Positions 13,039 to 24,037 of a stretch of DNA of 64,000 bases are shown here, one piece after another. The position numbers were made by a program, and so were the translations under genes. This DNA is from Podarcis tiliguerta (lineage: Eukaryota). The stretch lies in NCBI GenBank assembly GCA_965153285.1, contig OZ229110.1. The stretch is one strand, 5' to 3'. Every line of letters begins with the position of its first letter. Position 1 is the first letter of the stretch. Under the pieces are notes generated by a model. The model was not told the origin of the DNA. It ran no database searches and was given only the letters and a program-made list of their open reading frames with translations.

Positions 13039-13411
13039 AAAATAAAAGTAAAGGACCCCTGACAATTAAGTCCAGTCGCGAATGACTCTGGGGTTGCCAC
13101 ACTCATCTCATTTTAAAGGCCAAGGGAGCTGGCATTTGTCTGCTTCCGCAGACAGTTTTTCCAGGTCATGTGGCCAGCATGACTAAGTGCTTCTGGTGAA
13201 ACCAGAGCAGTGCAAGGAAACACGGTTTACCTTCCTGCCGGAGTGGTACCTATTTATCTACTTGCACTTTGATGTGCTTTTGAACTGCTAGGCTGGCAGG
13301 AGCTGGGACCGAGCAATGGGAGCTCACCCCGTCATAGTGATTCGAACTACTGACCTTCCAATCGGCAAGCCCAAGGCTCAGTGGTTTACACCACAGCGCC
13401 ACCTGCGTCCC
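13039..13411 (-). mobile_element. Full-length Sauria SINE (tRNA head, BovB-type tail)
   Basis: Minus strand starts GGGACGCAGGTGGCGCTGTGG with a GTTCGAATC B-box and the diagnostic gtacctatttatctacttgcac body. 13-bp TSD TAGTTGTAACATA (13026-13038 / 13412-13424). Confidence 0.95.
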
Positions 13412-13980
13412 TAGTTGTAACATAGTAGACCTATAAATGCAAGTGGGGATCCAAATACAACACTCTCCAAAACAAAGCCATCTAATATTAACAAATGTTT
13501 CATATTGCAGCTGTGGGCTGCAACAGGTAAATCAGGAGACTGAACAAGAGTTTGATTCAATGGCTCTTAGAAACGGGTTCTGAAATATGGCAGCATAGCT
13601 GGTAAACATAGTGGAAAGGACTAGGAATCAGTGAACCCCTTTTGGGAATGAAACACACTTGTGAAGGGGAGGGTGTCTTCTATTTTGACTAGTTCTTCCT
13701 TTTCAGCTCTAGCTACTTATACCACATAGCAACTCTATTCCAGATATTCTTCTGGGCCTAAACACCAGCAACAGTTTTCCAGGGGCATATGCAGCTGCTG
13801 AGGGAGGAAAGTTGGCAGAAAAAGCCCATTAAGCAACTGGGACTCTTTTGTGGTTTACTGGATCAAATGCAATGAAATGGGGTCTGCCAACAAATTCAGG
13901 GTTTAGTGGCAGTGCGGCAGTCCTATACCCACTTACCTCAGAGTCAGCTTCATTGAAATCAATGGGACATACTTCAGAGT

Positions 13981-13982
<2 letters not shown>

Positions 13983-14011
<29 letters not shown>
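13983..14011. repeat. (AG)n microsatellite
   Basis: Directly visible. Confidence 0.95.
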
Positions 14012-14015
<4 letters not shown>

Positions 14016-14492
14016 GGGAGAGAGTATTGACAGAGGATTAAATACATCTCCAATATATATATTGCCATATTTTAGATATTCAGTAATTTTATCATATGTG
14101 AGTAAAATCCCATTAAGAACTTTATTTTTAATCTGGGATAAAAATATATATGAATTGTTGGATTCAGGCTTTCAGACCTAAACATTTTTAGGAGATGGCA
14201 TTTTCCATTGGCATCTCTTAATTGAATAAAAATATTTCCTAGAGGGCAAAGGAAATCATCTTATTCGACTTGTGTGAATCCTGTTTACTCTTCAACTCTC
14301 AACTCAGCAGGTTAAGTAATTGGAAGACAGAAAAGTTCCTATATTTCTATTTCCAGCTGGTGATACACAAAAGACAGGAAGTTATCTCATTAATAGGGCA
14401 CCAGCTTTATGCAAATTATAGTTACCAGAAAGGTTTCCCTTCATACTTTTTTCATAAATTACCTAATAAAGTCAGAATAAATGGCCATATTC

Positions 14493-14640
14493 NNNNNNNN
14501 NNNNNNNNNNNNNNNNNNNNNNNNNNNNNNNNNNNNNNNNNNNNNNNNNNNNNNNNNNNNNNNNNNNNNNNNNNNNNNNNNNNNNNNNNNNNNNNNNNNN
14601 NNNNNNNNNNNNNNNNNNNNNNNNNNNNNNNNNNNNNNNN
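14493..14640 (-). other. N-block (148 nt), probable hidden exon
   Basis: Minus strand reads ctattctctgtgACTAATtatgttaattt|N: a branch-point-like motif, AG-free for about 70 nt. Flanked by non-repetitive CNE-like DNA. Confidence 0.6.
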
Positions 14641-17600
14641 AAATTAACATAATTAGTCACAGAGAATAGATGACATAAGCAGCATGCCAGGCACAAAAGG
14701 GGAAACCAGTATCTAAGGAAGGTATTTGGAGAGATCAAAAATTTTCAAAGTACTCAATACTAGAAGGTCCTTTTTATTTGTGCACAGCCTTAAGATACTC
14801 TCTCTCTCCCCCTCTTTTTTTTTTTAACTCCGTGAAATTCACATAATGAGATGCAGCAGACAGATGACATTAGCGATGAGGCATTAGAAAGAGGTCAGTT
14901 TCCTCTGAAAGATAGGCACTGTTCCTGCTCGTCATTAATTTGCAGCTTCAAAGCAGCGAGCATATGATAGTCTGGCATGTTAAGCAAGTTGCAGTTATCT
15001 TTAAATAACCATTTTTTCCAGTTATTAGAAGCTAAAGTTTTTAAACTTCTGTCTGAAAGCAAAATTAAAGCACGCAGCAGTGCAAAAAAAAGACTGCAGA
15101 GAGATTAGAAAAAGAGGAAATCAAATATATTTTATAAATGAAGTTAGCTTTTCCCTGGGGGGCGGGGAGTGGGGGAAAGCCCCCGTTAACTTTAAGAGTG
15201 CTAGAAATGTAGGGCTATGTTCAGTCTTTAAAAGACTGTAAGTCTGGCTAGTGAAAAGAAAGATGGAATAGCTATTTTTAGTAGCTGTCTTCTTGTTGAT
15301 TAACATATTCTGGACTAAAGGGGCAGATGTTGCTGCTCTGTATTACTTGCCAAAGACAAAGACACTGGAGTATGGGTGGCAGAGTGCAAGTCTCTGAGGT
15401 AAAGGCAAAGGAAAGGGAAACTTCACTTTCCGTTTTCTGCGACATGTGTCTTAGTTATGCATGCAGGCTTACTAACAAAGATACCTTTGCTGCTTTAAAA
15501 ATGGGATAAAATGGAGAGCTTTCCCTCTGGCAGAAGATCAACAGGAAACATGCCAGGACTATGTAGAACGACTTCATACCGTGGGGGGAAAGCGACGAAT
15601 TGACTTGGAGAGTCCCAACTGGAAAAGCTTGGATCTTTGTGAAAGGTGCAATCTGCCTCTAATTACTGCATTTTGTTTTAGATAAACACCATGGGAGAAA
15701 TTCAACCCCACACACTTCTGATCATTCTGTCAGTGAAAGCATTTAAACATGTTTACGTGGAATGATTCCCCCTCTCTTCCCCCCATGTGCTGTTCCAGGG
15801 GTTTCTCTTGATGCCCCCAGAGCCAATTTTGTGGCAGAAGAGGAAAATGGGGGGGAACTCCATCATGCAAACAGAAGTCTTCGTGCAGAACTTCTGCTGA
15901 CGAGAATCATTAGTTGAATCCTGCCCTGTATCTAATTATTCAGTTCCTATTTAACGAAGAATTGAACAATAAATACGATAATCAAAAGAGCTGTCCTTTA
16001 ATTATTCTTTTATTTTTATTATCTTTATTATTGTTGTTATCATCCACATTGTGTACAATTGTTCATAGGACCAGGAATCACGGTATATAGGCACAAAAAT
16101 AGCAACACTAAAACAGTAATTGTTTTTTCAGGGTTTCTGAAAAATCCAGCTAATGCTAGACACCATTATTCCTCCCCCATTTTTAAAATTTAATTTTAAA
16201 CAATATGCTTTGTGACCAACATTATGTGAGCCATGCGATTTTACTTTACAAATCAAGCAGTTTGTTTATTATGAAAAAGAATAGCCTAGCTTAATGGATA
16301 TAAAATATGAAGACTGTGGTCTAAATATTTTGCAGATGGATAACTGGTAAATATTCAGAAAATACCCGATCAATATTGAACATCAATATTTACAGTAGAA
16401 AAGGAAGGAAATTTGGGGAAGGAAATTTCTTTCCTCTCTCATTCCACAGCAACCTCCCACAGCATAGCACCTTCCAGAGATTTTGGCCTACAACTCCCAT
16501 AATCCCTTTGGGCGTGCTGGTTGGGGCTGATGTGAGCAACATGTTTCAAAAGGCAGTTTTATAGTTTAGACAGCTGAAAAGCTGAAACTTCACTTTCACT
16601 TGCATGAATTCAAGCTAGCATCCTAAGGTTGGTGGTTAGCCATAATTACCTTCAGGGGCAATTTTTTTTGCATGCATTTAACTGCCCCCTTTGTGTCATT
16701 TACCATCGGTGTATGGCAATGTGTTGGATCCACTGATCCCATGAGCTAAATTCTGTTCCTGGGGCAAACCCAGTGACAAAAGGGGAACAATGTGATTTTT
16801 GCCAGTTTCTCCTTCCCCTTGCAGTTCTTTATGTCCCTTGCCAGAAAGCAAAAAATGAAATGAAATAAATAAAATAAAATAAAATAAAATAAAATAAAAA
16901 AGGAGCAAAGGGTTGAGAAACCTTCTAGAACTATATGGGAGATAGTAATGGAATTTTAGGTACACTGATAAAATCAGTGCAGTTCTAATCTTTACACTTA
17001 TCCATTTGTCAATTTCCTAAATATTATAGCATTTTACAACAGAAAAAAATGGTTTCCTAGTTGGAGCTAGCATGATATAAATCCATTATTTCCCAAGTTG
17101 TGAAGTTGACAATTTTGTTAGAAGCATAAATAAAGGCAGGTGAAGTGGCAGTGAGTTGTACAGGTTCCATTTCAAGTAAAATTAAATAGCTTTGCATTTA
17201 CTAACTGCAACATATATAACAAGAATGAGCAGAAATTATGAATGGGTTATGCTTGTTAAGGTCTGGTTCAGTTTAATTACAACATTCGCTCGAAGGAAAT
17301 ATATAACTGAGCCTACACACAGACATACTCTGATACAGCACATCCATATAGATGTTAAATATGTATGCGCCCAGCAGTATAAAATACATACCCAGACTTG
17401 TTCATTACGCCTAAACTTTTGCTTTAATCACAAAGCTTTATACATTATTTTAAACACATTTTTAACACATGTTAATAATATTCATGCCGTCACTTTGAAA
17501 AATCTGCGAGATGTGGTTAATGAAGAGAAACTGCAGTATAAATTGCATGTAAAATATGCAATCCACACCAGCATAAAAGACCACGCTATTTTTCATTAGA

Positions 17601-19690
17601 TGTCTTTTAGCTTGTTGAGATTTATTCTCTATAGTTTATAAAGAGCATCATCAGGAAACACCTCTTAAAACAACTTCATGTACACAAGGCAATCTTCTCG
17701 GTTTAATGAGATCCTTTTGTGTGTTTTTTGTGTTTTTTTAAAAAAAATAGATTGCACAAGTCTATCTCACATTATGGAAAGTAAATCCTAATGAAAAGGC
17801 ACTCACCATTTTTTTTTATCTTCCTGCTGCTCCTTTTCTTCTTGTGGTTTGTACATAGGAACACACATTGAGATCACACAGAGTATTCTAGTAGTTGTCA
17901 TTTCATCATCATCCTATTGTTATTCTTTTGTAAACTGCTTAGAGGTTTTGTTACAATCAAGTAGTATATACATTTTGTTAAAAATAAATAAGTAAAGATG
18001 TGGCAGGAGAATTCTGCAATGTTTAAACGGTTAGTTTATTTGTTACTTTCTCTTCAGTTCTCACAAGTGGAAGTCTCAGAGTATGTTTCCAGCGTAATGA
18101 TGAGAAGCAGTAGCACTATCTGATACCATTTTGCAAAACCATCAATATGTGAAATATCAACATGTCGCTGCTGTTGAAACATACAAAAGGCAAGCTATAT
18201 TGAGATTCTCTTTCTGGTGGCGGAAGGAGGGCAAATATGTGAACTTATTCCGTGGGCTGAAGTTCTAAACTGTGGAAGCTTGCAAGTTACTTACAGCAGC
18301 AGCTTTCTATGCCAAGGCTACCATGGTTTTCATTACGAGTGGGAACTCAAGTTAATACATGCAAGAGTTCTCCTTTCAAAAAAAAATATCTACGTTAGTA
18401 GCCTCACTTGACAGACGTACATGAAAGGAATTGGAAGAATTCTCCCAGCTTACGGTGGATGTATATTTTAAAGTGTTGTACAGTTAAACTTAACCACTCA
18501 CCAGAATGACACACATGCTAACAATTCACTTTCCTGCAAACTCAGAAACACTCACACTGCAGAGAAAGACCACAAAGCAGAACAAAGGAAAAGAGCTAAA
18601 TAATGGTATTTTAAAACTTTACAACAGGCTCTTTTATAGAAAAGAGGAGGCTCTGAAATGATGGAAATAATTTCTTTATTCTTTTAAAAAACAACAACGG
18701 GTGCACAAATTTCTCTCTACCATTTGCTATATATTTTAATACCCAAAGAACAAAGTGTTCAACTCACATTTAAGCTCCATTCAGATTTTTCTACAGCCCT
18801 TCCAAAATAAAAGACAAAGGCAGTGTATGTGTTTTAAAAAATTCTCATAAAAGCAGATGACCTGAGGGATTCAAAAACGCTTAGATAATCAGATATTTGG
18901 ATAAATGAAAGTTTAACTTGCATAAAGTTAAACAGGCACTGGGATGCATATATTTCTTATAATGAGATACAGAAATGGGAGGGGAAGAATCTAATATAGC
19001 TACAAGTTGCAGGTTTTATGTAACAGATTTGCCACTGGCCTTTATGCATACTATGCACAGATACATGCGATAAAGAGGCTTTCATTTCCATTATAGTTTT
19101 GCTCTTCCTCCAGGCTCAATTGCCTTTATTTACAGCCCCCATCCCAGAACCACCAACAGAGGCTCTCCTCAGGTCCTACAAACAAGGTGATGAAATGGTG
19201 AGAAAGGGCTGTAGCTTTCAGCACACAAATCCAGGTATTTAAATCTGCAGTAGAACACATGTAACCACAATGAAACAGTAAATTAGAATGGATAGCACAC
19301 AGCTAAATCAACTAAGCCTTCTGGTACAACTAGATCAAGTGTGGACCTGATGAGCTTCCATAAGGCAGGAATTTCTCAGAGCTGGCAACATCGGTGAATG
19401 GGTCTTGCTCTTTGTCCTCAACGTAAACATAGAGCCTCTCTGGTTGCATGCCTTCAACTGAATCACTCAACTCGATACCCATTCATACCCATTGATGGAC
19501 TTGATTTAGTCACGCTTATTTATTCTGACTATGAACAACCCATTATGCTAAATCAAATGAAGTGGTAGTATTCTGGCTATTACTTTTCATTTTCGAATAC
19601 CTTCTCCCATAAAAAGAACCATTGCCTTAGTGAACTCTTGTACCTGGGAAGGGTTGTTATGTTGATTCCTCTACTCCCAACATGCAAGTA

Positions 19691-19894
19691 CAGTGGTACC
19701 TCAGGTTACAGACGCTTCAGGTTACAGACTCCACTAACCTAGAAATAGTTCCTCGGTTAAGAACTTTGCTTCAGGATGAGAACAGAAATCATGCGGCGGT
19801 AGTGGGAAGCCCCATTAGCTAAAGTGGTACCTCAGGTTAAGAACAGTTTCAGGTTAAGAGTTTCGAGTTAAGTTCTTAACTCGAGGTACCACTG
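19691..19894 (+). mobile_element. Tc1/mariner-superfamily (Tigger/pogo-like) MITE
   Basis: TA TSD. TIRs CAGTGGTACCTC(A/G)...GAGGTACCACTG. Shorter relative of 29338-29579. Confidence 0.93.
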
Positions 19895-21633
19895 TAGATG
19901 AGCAAGGTGGGAGCAATAAAAAATACGGTACCCCCACCAGCAGCTTGAAGGGACACACACCAAAATGCTTGACACTTTGTCATACACATTCTGTACAATG
20001 TTAGATTTGCTTTTAGATTGCCATCTCCTAATCAGATCCTCCCCCAAGCAACTGAATACTCTCTCCCCACCCTGCATTTTATGACCTGGTTTTTCACTGG
20101 AGGGTACTATTTACCACACAGAAAAGCCATATGGTTTTCATTTATTTGTTTTCTATTTGTTGCTATCTGACATGATAAAGACACCCAGCTATCTACGCTT
20201 CCAGGATGGGAGAGAACTGTCTACACGTACTGAAAAGGGAAGCCATATATATTTCTGTACATTGTCTTTGAAAGCTCTCAGGGACATTGTAGAAGGGAGG
20301 AGATATCTGCCTTCATGGGGGCCGCCATCTTTTTTTCTGCACAGTGCCTATATCACCACCTCTAGGGAGCAATTCAAACACACTGTAGCCTCCAGCAGAC
20401 AGAAAAGAAGAAAGAAAACCCCAAAATATAGCTCTCAGACCACCACTTTAAATTGTAAGGACTTTTTTTTTTTTAAGTAAAAAGATAATTTTGTACATTT
20501 TTTAAAAAAGCAATCTGTACATTAAGTTAAAAAGGAAACATAATGGATTTTCAGTCAATCACATCCAAAATGGACATGGACTGAATTGGAATGGTTTCTT
20601 CCATCCCATGACATGTAGGATAGTGACAAGATCCCCAAGATTAATTTGTCGAATTATCTAACAAAGGTAGATGTATTAATATATATGTCTGAGATTATCT
20701 TTTGAGATTGTATTTTATTTTAAAACAGTAGATTCAGTGGTCTTGGCCAACCTTACTTTTACATACTTCTCCATTAGCCTAAGAGATAATCATGAAAAAT
20801 TGTATTATGAATTGTTTTTTTCACCTATTGTCTTATACATGCAGTTTCTGTATTCATTTTCAGGCTAACTTTGATACATCTTTTGCAAAGGTATGCATAT
20901 GCCTCTCTGGCTTAAGTGCATACATAAAGCAAATCAAATTTGATTATCCATTTCCGTTGACAAATATTCATTCGCATTTGAATCCATGCTCAACCAGAAC
21001 TTCAGCTTTGATTAGTTCACTTCAGCAACTTTGAATCTATTTAAACCTCTTCTATACTTCAGCTCACTCTGCTTTGTGGTGTGTATACTAGAAAGCCACC
21101 CAGGCACCCTGATCTGAAATATTTGAGCCAACATAGCTGTCCACAACCCACCAGTAGAACAATCTGTAATGCTAGCATAAAGTCATGTTTGAACAAAGCT
21201 TGCACCCATCCCCTGCCATACATAGTGCGTGAGAAATGGCTCACATCTATCAAGCTCCCACCCTCCCAAACCTTGATATGGAAGATGCACTGTGGCTGCG
21301 AAACCTCTTCAGGTTACAAGCTGGGATACGGAGAATATTCAGGATTTCCTTACAGTCTTACCCAGAATTCAGCAGGAGGAACAACCCCAAAACTGCAAGC
21401 ACCCGGCATTTACAATGACCGTGGAGTAGGTGCTTCTGGCTAAGCAGTCCAGAGCCAAAGTTATGCTGCTTTTAGGATGCAGCACACCTGCAAAAGCATA
21501 GCTGTTTCAAAGTCTGTGTCTAGTGAGCTATCCTGTTTTTGTTACACTATTTTTTAAAAAATATATGTTTTAATTATTGATGTTAATTTTTATGTTGTCT
21601 GGGGAGGAAGGGTGATATGTAAATGAAATGAAT

Positions 21634-21911
21634 GACATTTCACGTCCCCCCCAAGTGTCCCTATTTTCCAGGGATGCCCTTGATTTAGAGAAGCCACCCC
21701 CAGTTCCTGACTTCATCCCGGAATGTCCCATTTTTCCTTAGGATTTCCTATTTTCATTGGAGAAATGTTAGAGTTATTATGTTTTTATATATGTTGGAAG
21801 CTGCCTAGAGTGGCTGGGGCAACCCAGTAAGATATGTCTGGTACAAATAATAGAATCATCATTATGGAATGGGACGTCCCTATTTCCATCGGAGAAATGT
21901 TGGAGGGTATG
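21634..21911. mobile_element. hAT-like MITE (…GAAATGTTGGAGGGTATG end) containing an L2 3'-tail piece
   Basis: Repeated GTCCC(TATTT) motifs. The internal ggaagctgcctagagtggctggggcaacccag matches the L2 3' UTR seen at 8560-8600. The left terminus is eroded. Confidence 0.6.
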
Positions 21912-22774
21912 GATTGAACAAATGAATGTCTGGATGAGGAAACCAGCTGTCCATTAGAGTATCTACACAGCCTTGTGTTCCACCATAATATGCCATAAAT
22001 AATAATCAAATGGGAGGCAAGATTACCATATTGACTGTTCTGGGAAACGTCAAACTATTTGTCAAGCCTGGCCTTAATTCTGATTGGTTTCCAAATGCGC
22101 TGGTGCAATATAAATCAATTAAAAAAACGGAATCATCAAATTAATTTTACTTACTGGATTCCACCCCCACACCCCCACCACTGCAAAACCCTGGTTAAAA
22201 GAGTTTTACACCTGGATATGCTTTTGGGTGAACAAGTCTTTATTAAAAATAGCTGTTGCTGACACCCCACTTGTCAAGCAGATCTTGATTGCTATTGATT
22301 ATTTTCAACCTAAATGGGAGCTTCCGTAATAAAGTGATTGCTCATACTAGTCAGCGACTTGGGGCACCGCAGAAGACTGCACGTTTGTTCAGGCTTCTAA
22401 GAACGAAAACCACAAGCTGAACAAGGATCTCAACAGCTGCACAAAATTATTGATTCTTTATTTGGAGCTTGACAAGCCTGCATCTGAGATATGTCTCCAA
22501 TTATTACTTTTTAGGGCTGCTGTGTGTTTCATGCTATCATTTTTATCAAGGGTAAATGCTGCGGAAATGCTTCCAGGCTTGCAATTTACTAACTAACTTT
22601 CAGCTTTATGTGATTTTATGTGCATACAGGACAAGTCTCCCATACATGCCTATGAATAAGAACCACTGTCTCAAATACTTTCTGAAAGTTTAGGGCACGC
22701 CTGCGCCCAAACTAAGCAGACCAGGCAGATGTGAATGCCAGCACCTTTTACCCTGTATTATAGAATTTGAATAT

Positions 22775-23075
22775 TGAGGAACCTGACCTAATACTGAGTC
22801 AGACAACCATTCCTTCTACTCTCACTTTTCTTGACTGCTTTGCCCAACCTGCTTCCTTCCAGATTTTGAATGATGAGTCCCATTAGCCTCAGCCAGCATG
22901 CCCAATGGTCAGGGATGGAGAGAGTTAGCCCCCAAAGAACTCAGTGGAAACAGGTTGGGAAAGGCTGGCTTGCACAAACTGGCAGCAGTTCTCCACATTT
23001 CGAGACAGGGGCCTTTCCCATCCTTTCTTGGAGATGCCAGGATGTGTGGAAACTTTTGCATGTGTCCTACCCCTA
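22775..23075 (-). mobile_element. tRNA-derived SINE with CR1-type tail (Squam3-like), interrupted by a short MITE (~22836-22967)
   Basis: Similar to 58021-58207 (ctggagatgccagg...ttttgcatg). The nested piece has cccaacctg...caggttgggaa inverted ends. Confidence 0.55.
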
Positions 23076-23257
23076 AATTACATTTCATGCCTTCTTCTCT
23101 CTTTTGATAGCAATGCAAATGTGAGCCCTCTGGACCATATGCTGTATGTTTCTCCTGCGGGTAAAACTGCAGTTACGGATGCAAAAGTTTTCCTGGGAGA
23201 AACATGTGGGTGTTATGCAGGGCGGCCAAGCTTTTGGCACCTGTGGGCAAATTTGTG

Positions 23258-24037
23258 TGTTGAGGTCCCCAAGCCACCCCCTAAATAAATCACAATTCAC
23301 ACAGAATTTTTGTTTAAGGTATTTGGCATAATTTTGGCCACAACTTTCTTGAAATACATAATGTGAGTGGTTGCTTAGGCATTGGTTACGACTATCTGTC
23401 CCCACCCCGGGACAGAACTGACTTCTGGATTCCAGCAAAAGCCAGTAAGGGAAAACAATATTGGGGAGAGAATGGGGCTGGGCACCATACCGTCACCCCT
23501 CCCCACATGCTCCCAGGGGCTTGCACGGCCCTAGCACCTTGCCAGGGATACGGACAAATGTATGGCAAACTCCTGGATTCCTTTAATGGAATTCCGTTGC
23601 AGCAGCAGCATTGGAGGGGCAGGCACAGCCAATCCTTACCCCTCCACCAGCCAAATTTTTAACCAATGCCTAACCGCAACCTTACAAGTTGTAACGATTT
23701 GCTACGCAGTAGGCAAAAACCAAATGGCACCAGCCAATCTGCCAAATGGACAAAATTCCTACCAGGCCCTTGCCCCCAAAGCAGATGACCCCATGACAGG
23801 CATAGCAAGGTCAAAAGGAACAGCCCTAAATTAGGGAGGGTAGGCGGACGATCCGATGCACGCAGCAAGAGGCTGAAAAAACTGTGTGCCAAGAATTTAT
23901 AACCTTTGGGCCAACCCTCTAAATGGTAACATCAAAATCTCCCCAACAACCCAACTTGGCCCAATCACAGACTTGGCCATCCAAACGGTTCCACCCAAAA
24001 ACCTAGAGGGGGTGTTTTGCTAGATCCCACCGCAACA
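23258..24037 (-). mobile_element. Solo LTR (Gypsy/ERV-type), minus orientation
   Basis: Ends TGTTGAGG...CCGCAACA. 4-bp TSD TGTG/CGTG (CpG decay). Minus-strand TATAAA at 23901-23896 and AAGAAAGTTGTGGCC at 23350-23336. Shares ordered motifs with 54863-55738. Confidence 0.8.
23707..23765 (-). ncRNA. ENE-like U-rich internal-loop RNA hairpin inside the LTR
   Basis: RNA: GGUAGG-AAUUUUGU-CCAUUUGGCA-(GAUUGGCUGG)-UGCCAUUUGG-UUUUUG-CCUACU. Confidence 0.55.

Noticed and set aside
13300-13411. tRNA-like A/B boxes (also 58130-58207)
   Set aside because: These are SINE heads, not tRNA genes. No complete cloverleaf.
20351-20370. CTCF-like motif caccacctctagggag
   Set aside because: Only a partial match to the consensus. 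Expected by chance in 64 kb.
21100-21450. Possible very old LINE C-terminal remnants (also 11960-12500, 19320-19680, 30150-30700 and 47080-47350)
   Set aside because: Motif hints are too degraded to assign family or boundaries without a profile search.
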